A DNA stretch of 64,000 nt from a bacterium (lineage in GTDB: Bacteria > Elusimicrobiota > Elusimicrobia > Elusimicrobiales > UBA9959), in NCBI GenBank assembly GCA_021786295.1, contig JAJYNO010000033.1, positions 1,775 to 65,774 on the forward strand. The letters are read 5' to 3'. Position 1 is the first letter of the stretch; every line of letters begins with the position of its first letter. Both the position numbers and the translations under genes were made by a program. Shown here piece by piece: positions 28,380 to 37,994 of the stretch. A model generated the notes under the pieces. The model did not search any database. It saw only the letters and a program-made list of their open reading frames with translations, and was not told the DNA's origin.

Positions 28380-28408
28380 GCCTGTGAACTTGCTCCTGTC
28401 CTGGAATA

Positions 28409-29470
28409 ATGGAAAGTGTTTATATTTTTAGAATAGGCAATCTTGGCGATAGCATAGTCGCTATCCCGGCCATTAAAAAAATTTCCCGGATTAACGATAA
28501 GGCTAGATTTACCCTGATCACAAACTGGGAAAGCCTTCATGTTAATTCTTGGGAAGTTCTGCGACATACCGGAGTTTTTGATGGGGTGCTTTTTTATAAT
28601 ATAAACACCTCGCGATCTCTATATCATTTAGCAGCAGAAATAAGAAAGGATAAACACAGTAAAATCCTTTATTACTTGCACCCTGCCCGCACATTTTCTC
28701 AGGGTGTGCGCGATTATCTGTTTTTTAAATTTGCCTGCGGATTTAACAATATTTACGGGATTAAAAATTCAATTTGGGATAATGGAGGTTTTTATAAGGA
28801 TAAAAGAAAAGTGCATGAGGAAAAAGAGTCTTCTAGATTATATAGGTTGATTTCCCCTGAAATAAATTCTGGAGATAAAACAGAATTTGAGCCGCCATGG
28901 CTATACCCTTCGCATATCGTAAAACAAAAAATAAATGGCTTGCTACATGGCTTTAAACAACAGGCAAAGTCCTATATCTCCATAGGATATGGCTCAAAAA
29001 TGCCAGCTAAAAAATGGCCTATAGATAGGTTCGCAGAACTTGTGAAATATCTGTTGAAAAATTTCCCAGAATTGAATATTTTGTTGCTTGGGAGCAAGGA
29101 TGAAATCGAAGATGGGAAAATGCTTCATGCGATTAATCCTGAGCGCGTAATGAATCTTTCCGGACAACTGGATATAATCGAAACAGCTGAAGTTTTATCG
29201 CGCTCTAAACTTTTGGTTAGTAATGATACCGGGACAATGCATTTGGGGGCCGCGATGTCGGTTCCTGTGGTCGCCTTATTCTCCGCCAGGGATAATCCGG
29301 GGAAATGGGAACCTTGGGGGGGCAAAAACATAGTGCTGCGCAAAGAAGTTTGTTGTAGCGGGTGTTTTCTGTCGCAATGCAATAACGATAATATGTGCAT
29401 TAATCTGATTACGGTCGAAGATGTCATTAAGGCTATCAATAAGATGTTGATGAAGGGTGGAAAAATATGA
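28409..29470 (+). CDS. Glycosyltransferase family 9 (heptosyltransferase-like)
   Basis: N-terminal GNLGDSIVAIPAIKKI and C-terminal LLVSNDTGTMHLGAAMSVPVVALF, both characteristic of GT9. Confidence 0.75.
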   Translation: MESVYIFRIGNLGDSIVAIPAIKKISRINDKARFTLITNWESLHVNSWEVLRHTGVFDGVLFYNINTSRSLYHLAAEIRKDKHSKILYYLHPARTFSQGVRDYLFFKFACGFNNIYGIKNSIWDNGGFYKDKRKVHEEKESSRLYRLISPEINSGDKTEFEPPWLYPSHIVKQKINGLLHGFKQQAKSYISIGYGSKMPAKKWPIDRFAELVKYLLKNFPELNILLLGSKDEIEDGKMLHAINPERVMNLSGQLDIIETAEVLSRSKLLVSNDTGTMHLGAAMSVPVVALFSARDNPGKWEPWGGKNIVLRKEVCCSGCFLSQCNNDNMCINLITVEDVIKAINKMLMKGGKI

Positions 29471-30153
29471 ATCCACAATGCTTTGTAACCTATGGATTCG
29501 GACTTCAGACTTTGGCAAGAAAAACTATCCAGATTATAAATCCTCCAAATTGGATTGATTTGGGATCTGGCAACGGTGATGTCTTGCAACGTATCGGTTT
29601 TGTCCCCAAAAACGGATATTCCGTGGATGTCGATTTGTTGCCTAACGAGATAACTGGCTTCATGAGAGTGCAAGGGACAAATGAGGGATTTCTTGAGAAA
29701 GTTGGCGGCATGAATCCCCGAATTGCGCCGGAGGAAACCCTGGTGTCATTATTTGATGTTATTGAACACTATCCAAAATCTGATGGTTTAGCGTTATTGG
29801 ATAAAATTGAGCGGATATCTAGCGTACAAATTATATTTACTCCTGAAGGATTCCTTGGGCAGGATGGGGAAACTCATCCGCAACTAGCAAAAAAACCGTA
29901 TATGTGGCACAAGTCCGGATTTACACCGGAGGATTTTTTTAAAACCGGTTATTCTGTCATTGTTCTTAAGAACTATCATGTTAAACCTCCGGGCTATGAA
30001 ACAAATTGGAACGCGTTATTCGCATTCAAGAGTCGGTTGACGGAGTGGCCTAATGACCGAATATTGGGGCTGCTAAAGAAATATTACGCTATGTGGCTTC
30101 TTAACCCTGCTAATTTTTATCTGGGGTTAAGGAGTTATATGCGGAACTTTTAA
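29467..30153 (+). CDS. Class I SAM-dependent methyltransferase (putative)
   Basis: Motif I-like IDLGSGNGDVL and a downstream LFDVIEHYP pattern typical of Methyltransf_11/23 proteins. Confidence 0.5.
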   Translation: MNPQCFVTYGFGLQTLARKTIQIINPPNWIDLGSGNGDVLQRIGFVPKNGYSVDVDLLPNEITGFMRVQGTNEGFLEKVGGMNPRIAPEETLVSLFDVIEHYPKSDGLALLDKIERISSVQIIFTPEGFLGQDGETHPQLAKKPYMWHKSGFTPEDFFKTGYSVIVLKNYHVKPPGYETNWNALFAFKSRLTEWPNDRILGLLKKYYAMWLLNPANFYLGLRSYMRNF

Positions 30154-31694
30154 TGGAATTAAAGCGCCAAATTGTACGGAATGTTTATGCTGGGGGGATC
30201 CAGTTTGTTTTTAATTTTGCATACGGTTTGGTTCTGCCTCCATATATCCTTCATAAAATTGGGGTAAATAATTATAGCTTATGGGTTCTCTTGACTGCTG
30301 TGTCCGGATATGTTCAGTTTATTGAATTTGGAAGTTCCTCATCCCTTGTTAAGCATATTGCTGATTCAAAAAGTGCCGATAGGTATGACCTTGTTTCCGG
30401 TTATTTGAGTAGCGTATTTGTGCTTTTTGTCGTCGGCAGCATCTTCGCGGAAATGCTCGCGTATTACGGCATTAATATTATTGGCCCGTATTTTTTCTCG
30501 AACTTCGGCGTTTTGGCGAATTTGCGCAATCTGGTTTCCGGATTTGTGCTAATCTCTATCCTCATGCTGTTTAATGGTCTGTTTTCCTGTGTTTTAAAGG
30601 CATGGCAGCGCGTGGATATAATTAATGCCATTGCCATAATCGTTTCCTCGCTTAACATAACATTGATTTTCTTTTTTTTAAATGAGGGATTGGAGATTAA
30701 GGGTATTTTGTATTCATACCTTTCATCGTCATCCTTGGGCCTGGTTTTAACTGTGCTCTTTTCCCGAAAAATAGTTAAGGGGAAATTGGTTTTAAACATT
30801 TTTGAGTTTGATTATAGGCTTGTTCGGGATATTCTTAGACTTGGAAGTTCGGACCAGTTAATACGCGTTTTAGGGATATTGTGGGGGCCAGTAAATAAAA
30901 CAATTATTCAGAATTTCGCTGGTCCGCAGTATCTTGTTGCATACGATTTGACTATGCGTGTTATCAGCCAGGTTAGTAGCATGCCTTCAATGATATTCAA
31001 TCCTTTGCTCCCAGCGATGGCTGAACTTAACGCAAAGAATGATCGATCTAGACTTTGGACTCTCTTTAAACGATCGCTTAATTACATCATGTTGGCTGGC
31101 GCCCCTTTAGTTGTCTTGTTTTTTTTCTTCGCTAATCCAATAATTGCAATATGGCTTCGTGGGCCCAATGATCTGGTCGCGGATACTATTAGAGTTTTAA
31201 TTCTTTCGACGTTTATTAATATCTTGACAGGCCCGTTGTATATGGGAACCCTCGCGTTCGGTAAACCAGCTTTAGGTATCATTAAGACAATTGTGACGTT
31301 TTTAACCAACGTGGGGCTGCTGGTAATAGCTCTTTCATTGCATTTAGGATATTACGGGGTTGTCGCTGCAGAATTTATTGGGGTCCTAACAGGCGCGATT
31401 TATTTCTTGGTTAAATTTGACAAGAGTTATGGCGAGTCTGTTGTTTATCATATCCTCAAGGGTGGCTTAAGAATCTTTGGCTTGGCGCTTGCCTCCGGTT
31501 TCTGTGTGTTTTTGATTCCCCATGTTTGGACTGGATTTTTGCCTGTATATAAATTCCCATCTTTGTCGGCTCTTTGTTTTTTATATTTCGGATGTGTTGG
31601 CGGCGGATATTATCTCTTGGGCTATGTTGGCAAATATGAGTACGACCTGGTAAAGGGGGCAATATTCCGCTCAAGAGCTCAGGCGGCACTATGA
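30153..31694 (+). CDS. Oligosaccharide flippase (Wzx-like, MOP superfamily)
   Basis: 513 aa with about 14 TM helices, positioned among glycosyltransferase genes. The start is adjacent to the upstream stop. Confidence 0.65.
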   Translation: MELKRQIVRNVYAGGIQFVFNFAYGLVLPPYILHKIGVNNYSLWVLLTAVSGYVQFIEFGSSSSLVKHIADSKSADRYDLVSGYLSSVFVLFVVGSIFAEMLAYYGINIIGPYFFSNFGVLANLRNLVSGFVLISILMLFNGLFSCVLKAWQRVDIINAIAIIVSSLNITLIFFFLNEGLEIKGILYSYLSSSSLGLVLTVLFSRKIVKGKLVLNIFEFDYRLVRDILRLGSSDQLIRVLGILWGPVNKTIIQNFAGPQYLVAYDLTMRVISQVSSMPSMIFNPLLPAMAELNAKNDRSRLWTLFKRSLNYIMLAGAPLVVLFFFFANPIIAIWLRGPNDLVADTIRVLILSTFINILTGPLYMGTLAFGKPALGIIKTIVTFLTNVGLLVIALSLHLGYYGVVAAEFIGVLTGAIYFLVKFDKSYGESVVYHILKGGLRIFGLALASGFCVFLIPHVWTGFLPVYKFPSLSALCFLYFGCVGGGYYLLGYVGKYEYDLVKGAIFRSRAQAAL

Positions 31695-32626
31695 CGCAAA
31701 ATGATTCACAGCGCCCGATAATTTCGGTTATCTGCCCAAGTTGGAACACAAAAGTTGATATTGTCGAACTTTTGGATTCGTTGAGCGCTCTGGATTATCC
31801 GAAGTCGAGGATTGAAGTTATTATTGTGGATAATGCCTCCATAGACGGTTCTGTGGATGTGATAAGAAATAAATTCGCTGAAATGAGAGCGGCCGGTTGG
31901 CGGAAGTTGAGAATCATTGAACTGCCGGAAAATATTGGAATCCCCGGCGCGTATAACGAAGCTTATAGAATAACCGATAAAGATGCTTTTGCGATACTGC
32001 GTGTTGAAAGCGATGTAATTCTTGCTCCCGACTCTTTGCTCCACATGGTGGAACTTATGCTGGCAAAAGAAAAAGCCGGCGTAATTGGAGGGACAATTAA
32101 GAGCTATAAAACCGGAGAAAACCAATATGGCGCTATTATATTCTCGCGCTATTCCGGGTCTTACAGAGTTCTATTCCCTGATGAGCCCCAGGTCTGTGGT
32201 GGGGTTCTGGGGTGTTGTATGCTGATCCGGAATATAAATCTGGGTGAGGAAAAGGACCTATTCGACTCAAGATTGTTTATTGGTTGTGATGAGACAGACC
32301 TTTCTTTCACTTTTGCCTCTAAAGGATATGACACCTGGTATACCCCTCTTGCTGTTATCTCCCATAAAGGCGGACAGTCCACCGGACAAGTCCCAGACCT
32401 TACTCGTTACTACTCCATTCGCAATAACATCATACTATTGCGAAAGCATGCGTCTTGGGTTAAATATATAAATGGCATTAGTTACGCTTTTATATGGGTA
32501 ACATGGAAAGCTATTCAAGCAGATTATATCCCCGTAAAAGCTTTCAAAGATGCAATATTTTTAAATATAAAGAAAAAAATCTTACCTAAAAGTCATAATT
32601 CAAGGCCTTTTTATAATGAAGATTAG
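31691..32626 (+). CDS. Glycosyltransferase family 2
   Basis: ISVICPSWN...EVIIVDNASIDGS and a later GCDETDLSF (DxD-like region), consistent with a GT-A fold. Confidence 0.8.
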   Translation: MTQNDSQRPIISVICPSWNTKVDIVELLDSLSALDYPKSRIEVIIVDNASIDGSVDVIRNKFAEMRAAGWRKLRIIELPENIGIPGAYNEAYRITDKDAFAILRVESDVILAPDSLLHMVELMLAKEKAGVIGGTIKSYKTGENQYGAIIFSRYSGSYRVLFPDEPQVCGGVLGCCMLIRNINLGEEKDLFDSRLFIGCDETDLSFTFASKGYDTWYTPLAVISHKGGQSTGQVPDLTRYYSIRNNIILLRKHASWVKYINGISYAFIWVTWKAIQADYIPVKAFKDAIFLNIKKKILPKSHNSRPFYNED

Positions 32627-32665
32627 TTCACCTCCTTTAGAGCATTTGCAATATTTAAGGAACGA

Positions 32666-34015
32666 ATGTTCTCGGCCATAAGTTTGTTAAACAAAGTGGT
32701 TTTATGGGAGCTGGTGCTTTCCAATATTTTAATTTTTATCTGGTATTTGCTTTTTGTTAGGCGGAAGGCTTTTTGGCTTCTTCCATTTTCGGCATTTAAT
32801 CTGCTTTATCTGTTAAATTATCCATTTAAGGCACTGTTTTTTGTTTATCCGGTTGTAGATCCTGCGTATATAAAAACTGTTTTAAAATTCTCGTTTAATG
32901 ACCTTATTTCCGGGCTTATATATAGTACTGTTTTTTATTTGGCTTTTAATGTCTCAGCTATTTGGCTTTTAAAAAAGTATGACAAAGGTCCCAGTAGAGC
33001 TAAGGGAATTGTCGCCCAATATCTGCCCAAATTAAAAAATTTTTCCTTGTTTGTATTTTGTCTCGTCTGTGCAATTTTTTTCCGAAGGCTTTCATCTCTG
33101 AAATATTATGGGTTTGGTGTGGGCGCATCATATAACCTTTTGGATGTTGCTGTCGCGAATCTGACTTCTATCACATATTTATTGTTTTTTGTGTTATTGG
33201 TCCTATGGCACAAAACACGTTTCAGGCGATATCTGGCTGGATTAGGGATTCTATTTGGATTTGTTTTGACAGATTCTGTTTTTAGTACTTCAAAGGCTCC
33301 CCTGGTGATTCTTCTTTTTATTTATTTTGTTTATAAAAGTTATGTTAACGAGGCTCTTAGCCGCAAACTTCTGTTTGGCGGGTTGATACTTATTTTTTTT
33401 CAGGTGTATTATTCTTATTCGGCAAGGTATTTTGGAAATGTTTGGGATAAGATTACAATTGCTCAAGTCCAAGATAATATGAGCATAATCCTTCCCAATT
33501 TTGACGCCATTAATGGAAAAGTCCTTTCGGGATTTATTAATAGGTTTGAGTTAATGGATAACTTGGTCTATATAATGAAGCGAGCTGGCCTAACAGATAA
33601 GGGCTACTTCGAATACGGTTCTTTCATCGAGCTACTGAATGTTATCCCAAGGTATTTTTGGCCTTCTAAGCCAAATCTGGATATCGATTATTTCCTTGTG
33701 GATAAGGTGGAGGGGACCGGGATGGGAGGAGTTTCGGCAGGAATGGGCGTTATCGGGGAATCTTTTTTTGTTATGGGTTATGCGGGAATCCTAATGGGAG
33801 CGGTTTATGCGTTACTCCTGTTTTTATTCTATTTTTTTCTTTTCCATAGATCAGCCAATCTGTTCTCTGTTTTGTTTTATTTCCACTTATATTTTACTTA
33901 TTTTTTGTTTTCAGATTATTTGTTCTCGGGAGTATTCAGCCTCTTGATTGTGGCAGTATTCCTGTCGCTTACGTTAAAAATAATGCCGACCAAGAAGATA
34001 GCAGTTGTGCTATGA
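32666..34015 (+). CDS. Polytopic membrane protein, putative O-antigen/EPS polymerase (Wzy-like)
   Basis: 449 aa with at least 10 TM helices and one larger loop. This is the most AT-rich gene of the locus. I recognise no conserved motif, so the call rests on context. Confidence 0.5.
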   Translation: MFSAISLLNKVVLWELVLSNILIFIWYLLFVRRKAFWLLPFSAFNLLYLLNYPFKALFFVYPVVDPAYIKTVLKFSFNDLISGLIYSTVFYLAFNVSAIWLLKKYDKGPSRAKGIVAQYLPKLKNFSLFVFCLVCAIFFRRLSSLKYYGFGVGASYNLLDVAVANLTSITYLLFFVLLVLWHKTRFRRYLAGLGILFGFVLTDSVFSTSKAPLVILLFIYFVYKSYVNEALSRKLLFGGLILIFFQVYYSYSARYFGNVWDKITIAQVQDNMSIILPNFDAINGKVLSGFINRFELMDNLVYIMKRAGLTDKGYFEYGSFIELLNVIPRYFWPSKPNLDIDYFLVDKVEGTGMGGVSAGMGVIGESFFVMGYAGILMGAVYALLLFLFYFFLFHRSANLFSVLFYFHLYFTYFLFSDYLFSGVFSLLIVAVFLSLTLKIMPTKKIAVVL

Positions 34016-34045
34016 GCCTATGAGTTCAATTGTGGCGGTTGATAA

Positions 34046-35107
34046 ATGAAAGTTCTTTATATCGGGCCTCTTAATTATTCAACTACGACTTTTCATCGTA
34101 TGCTGGCAATTAAGAGCCTCGGCCATGAATTACTGCCGATTAATACACGCCCTTTAAGTGTTGATCGGCGAGAAGCTACTCTGCCTCAAAGAATCCTACG
34201 AAAGATAAGGGGCCCTAGGGACCTGGCTGGGGTAAACTTAAAAATACTTCAACTTTTGTCTAAAACTGTTTTTGATATATTGTGGATAGATAAAGGTCTT
34301 ACTGTTTATCCTGAGACTCTTAAGTTGGTAAAAAGTATTAACCCTAAAATGCTTTTAGTCGGATATTCTCCGGACGATATGCTTAATCCCCGCAATCAAA
34401 CCAGAGCATTCCTGAAAGGGCTGCCACTATACGATTATTTCTTTACTACTAAAAGTTATGGGGTTCGGGAGTTGGAGGAGATTGGGGCAAAAAAAGTGAT
34501 TTTTGTGGGGAATGCCTTTGAACCCAGCGTTCATCATCCTTATGTGGTAACCGCTGAGGATCGTCGCAAATATGGCGGGCAAGTCGGCTTCATCGGAGAT
34601 TATGAGGCAGATAGGGCGGAGAGTATGTTCTACCTAGCAAAAAATGGGATTCCCGTCAGAATCTGGGGCACTAACTGGCGAAAAAATAAATTTACGCATA
34701 AGAACTTTTTGATAGAAATGCGGCCACTCTTGGGTAGCGATTATGCAAAAGCTATATCGTGTTTTGACATTAATCTGGCATTTTTGCGCAAAATAAACAG
34801 GGATTTGCAGACTACCCGTACAATGGAGATACCTGCATGCAAAGGATTTATGCTCGCCGAACGCACAGGGGAGCATTTGCAGCTATTTACGGAGGGGGTG
34901 GAGGCTGAATATTTTTCTGATAATGAAGAGCTTTTGGCAAAAGTTAAGTTTTACCTAAAAAACAAAAAACAGCGTCAAAAAATTGCGCTGAATGGTTTCA
35001 ACCGTGCTCAGTCAAGCGGCTACTCCAATCTGGCACGTATGTCTGAAATCTTTGAAATTATTGAGCGGCACATTGCGCTGGTCGGAAAAAACCGGACCGA
35101 TTTTTAG
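34046..35107 (+). CDS. CgeB-like glycosyltransferase-family protein (Glyco_trans_1_2-type C-terminus)
   Basis: 353 aa with a C-terminal pattern FMLAERTGEHLQLFTEGVEAEYFSDNEELLAKVKFYLKN...R.KIA..G typical of the family. Confidence 0.55.
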   Translation: MKVLYIGPLNYSTTTFHRMLAIKSLGHELLPINTRPLSVDRREATLPQRILRKIRGPRDLAGVNLKILQLLSKTVFDILWIDKGLTVYPETLKLVKSINPKMLLVGYSPDDMLNPRNQTRAFLKGLPLYDYFFTTKSYGVRELEEIGAKKVIFVGNAFEPSVHHPYVVTAEDRRKYGGQVGFIGDYEADRAESMFYLAKNGIPVRIWGTNWRKNKFTHKNFLIEMRPLLGSDYAKAISCFDINLAFLRKINRDLQTTRTMEIPACKGFMLAERTGEHLQLFTEGVEAEYFSDNEELLAKVKFYLKNKKQRQKIALNGFNRAQSSGYSNLARMSEIFEIIERHIALVGKNRTDF

Positions 35108-35152
35108 CCTAACTTAAGGTGTATTTTGGGTAAAATACCTTAAGGAGGCAGT

Positions 35153-35356
35153 ATGCGGAAAAAGATACTCTTCACGGAAGGGGTTGAGGCGGCATATTTT
35201 GGGGGTAGCGCTGAGCTATTGCGGAAGGTTAGATACTATCTTAAGAATACTCCCCAGCGTATAAAAGTTGCTGCAAGTGGTTTTCTTCGGGCTAATTCAA
35301 GCGGGTATTCTAACGCCGCCCGCCTAACTCAAATTTTTGCAATCATTCGGAATTGA
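35153..35356 (+). pseudogene. Remnant: stand-alone copy of the C-terminal ~60 aa of a CgeB-like gene
   Basis: The 67-aa ORF LFTEGVEAAYFGGSAELLRKVRYYLKNTPQRIKVAASGFLRANSSGYSNAARLTQIFAIIRN aligns at about 60% identity with the last 63 aa of the gene at 34046-35107. The catalytic N-terminal part is missing. Confidence 0.7.
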
Positions 35357-35416
35357 TATGACTAAACTGTTTTTGTCTCTTTTACGCTGTAATTTGAGGT
35401 CTTTGGAATAATTTGT

Positions 35417-36550
35417 ATGCGAGTTATTCACACTGTGCCTGGAGTCATAAAAGAAGCTGGTGGTCCATCATACTCGGTTCTGAGACTTTGTGATTCTCTG
35501 GTTGAAATTGGAGCGGATGTGTCTCTTGCTACTTTGGCTTGGCCTCAAACCATTAGCCAGCGCCCATACATTAAACAGTTTAGGTTCGGGATTGGGCCTC
35601 GGAGGCTTGGCATATCTCCTGATATGAAGTCATGGCTAAAGTCCCAAGTTAAAACTGGGATGGAGATTGTTCACAACCACAGCTTGTTTATGATGCCGAA
35701 TGTATATTCGGGGCAGGTTTGCCGAAATAGCCATGCAAAGCTTATTGTTTCCCCAAGAGGGACTTTTTCTGGATGGGCGTTGCAGCGCAATGCTCTCATT
35801 AAGCAAATCTTCTGGCGTTTTCTGCAGGGGCCTGCTGTGCGTGAAGCTGCATGTTTTCATGTTACATCGTATAGTGAGTATTTGGATGTAAGACGGATGG
35901 GGTTTACTCAACCGGTATGTGTAATCCCTAATGGCATAGATATCCCGCCGTTAGAGTTCAAGCCTAAAATGCCTAGGCGAAAAGTCCTTTTTTTGGGCAG
36001 GATTCATCCGGTAAAGGGCATTGATATATTGTTGAATGCGTGGAGTGTTTTGGAAGGTAGATTCCCGGAGTGGGACCTTGAGATTCTCGGCCCCAGTAGT
36101 GATGGATACCAGCAGAAGATGATGGGATTGGCTAGAGATTTGAACTTAACTCGGGTCTCTTTTGGCGGGGCAGTTTATGGGGTGGATAAGGTAAAGGCAT
36201 ATCAATCTGCTGAATTGTTCGTGCTTCCGACCCATACTGAGAATTTTGGTGTCGCTGTCGCGGAGGCACTGGCGTCGGCAATTCCCGTAGTAGTTACAAA
36301 AGGAGCTCCTTGGAGGGGGCTTGAAAAACATGGTGCTGGATGGTGGATTGATAATGGGGCTGCCTCACTGGTTCATAATATGGATTTGGCAATGCGTACT
36401 GACCCCACAGTTTTAGCAAAAATGGGCCGCGCTGGCAGAGAATGGATGATTCGGGAGTATTCCTGGGGAGACATAGGGCAGAGTATGTTTTCCGTTTATG
36501 GGTGGATTATGCATGGCGGACAGCGGCCTGAATCCATCCTGCTTGATTAA
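35417..36550 (+). CDS. Glycosyltransferase family 4 (GT-B, group 1)
   Basis: 377 aa with the motif LPTHTENFGVAVAEALASAIPVVVT (E..G....EA.A.G.PVV). Confidence 0.8.
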   Translation: MRVIHTVPGVIKEAGGPSYSVLRLCDSLVEIGADVSLATLAWPQTISQRPYIKQFRFGIGPRRLGISPDMKSWLKSQVKTGMEIVHNHSLFMMPNVYSGQVCRNSHAKLIVSPRGTFSGWALQRNALIKQIFWRFLQGPAVREAACFHVTSYSEYLDVRRMGFTQPVCVIPNGIDIPPLEFKPKMPRRKVLFLGRIHPVKGIDILLNAWSVLEGRFPEWDLEILGPSSDGYQQKMMGLARDLNLTRVSFGGAVYGVDKVKAYQSAELFVLPTHTENFGVAVAEALASAIPVVVTKGAPWRGLEKHGAGWWIDNGAASLVHNMDLAMRTDPTVLAKMGRAGREWMIREYSWGDIGQSMFSVYGWIMHGGQRPESILLD

Positions 36551-36583
36551 TGCGCATGTCGGATGCTTTTGTTGAGGTGTTAT

Positions 36584-37162
36584 ATGTCTAGAACTGAGGT
36601 CTGGCTGAAGCCAAGCAAATCTCCATACACACTTTTGCAGAAAATTCGTATGGCGACATGGTGGTTTGTCGAGGCACTGCTTTTTCGTCCATCGTTGCAT
36701 AAGATGGTCGCTTGGCGAAATATGCTGCTAAGGATATTTGGTGCCAAGATTGGTAAAGGAAGCAGTGTCCACCAGAAGGCGAAGATTTGGTTCCCATGGA
36801 ATCTTGAAATGGGCGAGAACTCCAGCATAGCTTTTGATTCGTTAATTTATTCTCTGGATAAAGTTGTTATTGGAGACTTTGTAAGTGTATCGCATAGAGT
36901 CCATGTCAATACTGGGTCCCACGATTATTCCGACCCATGCTTTGCGCTAAAAACCTCTCCAGTAACTATTGGATCCGGTTCGTTTATCGGCACAGACGTC
37001 TTTATCAATATGGGGGTTACTGTTGGAGATATGGTCGTTGTGGGCGCGCGCTCTGTCGTTGTAAAAGACTTGCCCGCAAACATGATCTGTTTTGGACACC
37101 CATGCCGCCCGGTTAAGCTTAGGGTGCGGACGCCTGAGAGGGGCGCAAATAGTGAGCGTTGA
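36584..37162 (+). CDS. Hexapeptide-repeat O-acetyltransferase (WcaF-like)
   Basis: N-terminal WRNMLLRIFGAKIGKGSSV pattern as in WcaF, and left-handed beta-helix repeats (IGDFVSVSHRVHVNTGSHD, IGSGSFIGTDVFI). The ATG at 36584 is preceded by GAGGTG. Confidence 0.75.
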   Translation: MSRTEVWLKPSKSPYTLLQKIRMATWWFVEALLFRPSLHKMVAWRNMLLRIFGAKIGKGSSVHQKAKIWFPWNLEMGENSSIAFDSLIYSLDKVVIGDFVSVSHRVHVNTGSHDYSDPCFALKTSPVTIGSGSFIGTDVFINMGVTVGDMVVVGARSVVVKDLPANMICFGHPCRPVKLRVRTPERGANSER

Positions 37163-37175
37163 GTATGTTCGGATT

Positions 37176-37979
37176 ATGATAAAAACCATTGTCAAAGTTT
37201 TCTCTGATTTTTGGGGTCTTCATATTGTTTGCGGTTGGACAATTGCGCTTAAGTGGGGCGCCGAGGTCATATTGAAGTTTAACGCCGTCCTTCGCTCTAA
37301 GAATTTGCAACCTGTAGATTTGTCCTTGGGGACTGGGCCTTTTTTAGTCACGCTGCGACAATATAAAAATGCCCAGTTCAGAATTTGTGGCCCCAATGCG
37401 ATAAGTGGAATCAGAGAAATGTATGTCCGCGATGTGTATCTGCGTGGTGGCTGGCTGAAAATCCCCACTAATGGAGTTGTCTTGGATCTTGGCGCAAACA
37501 TGGGGAATTTTACGAACATGGCTTTGGCGGCATCTCCGGATATTAGGGTGGTGGCTGTTGAGCCAAGCAAGGCACTGAATAAGGTCTTTGTCAATTCTGT
37601 CGGATTAAATCCCGGATTTTTATCTAGGACAAATCTTATACGCGCATTTTTGGGGAAGAGCAATCCTAAAATAGACGGCGCGATTGCTGCGGACGATAAT
37701 TATAAAGGGGTTCCTTGGATTAGCGAAAAGGAATTATTAAAAAATATCCCTATCCAATCTGTTGAGTTCTTGAAGTGTGACATAGAGGGGGGGGAGTTCT
37801 CCCTGCTTTCATCTAACAGCCTATTGCTTAAAATCACACGACAGATTGCGTGCGAAGTCCATGCAATGGCCGGAAGTGTCGAGAATTTCTTATCAAATAT
37901 TGCCGCGAGTGGGTTCATGCTTGGCCCTGTACAGAGAGACCCTGATGGAACTGTGACTTTTCTGGCAAAACGTCTGTAA
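37176..37979 (+). CDS. FkbM family methyltransferase
   Basis: VVLDLGANMGNFT and FLKCDIEGGEFSLL motifs. The start was placed at the in-frame ATG at 37176; the ORF opens at 37092 and overlaps the upstream gene. Confidence 0.75.
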   Translation: MIKTIVKVFSDFWGLHIVCGWTIALKWGAEVILKFNAVLRSKNLQPVDLSLGTGPFLVTLRQYKNAQFRICGPNAISGIREMYVRDVYLRGGWLKIPTNGVVLDLGANMGNFTNMALAASPDIRVVAVEPSKALNKVFVNSVGLNPGFLSRTNLIRAFLGKSNPKIDGAIAADDNYKGVPWISEKELLKNIPIQSVEFLKCDIEGGEFSLLSSNSLLLKITRQIACEVHAMAGSVENFLSNIAASGFMLGPVQRDPDGTVTFLAKRL

Positions 37980-37994
37980 GATAAAATTGTCAAA

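Noticed and set aside
37092-37175. 71-nt overlap (37092-37162) between the acetyltransferase ORF and the FkbM ORF as drawn in the track, considered as a frameshift or fusion
   Set aside because: In-frame GTG (37152) and ATG (37176) starts give a normal-length FkbM protein with little or no overlap. The extra N-terminal residues of the long ORF are Arg/Gly-rich read-through.
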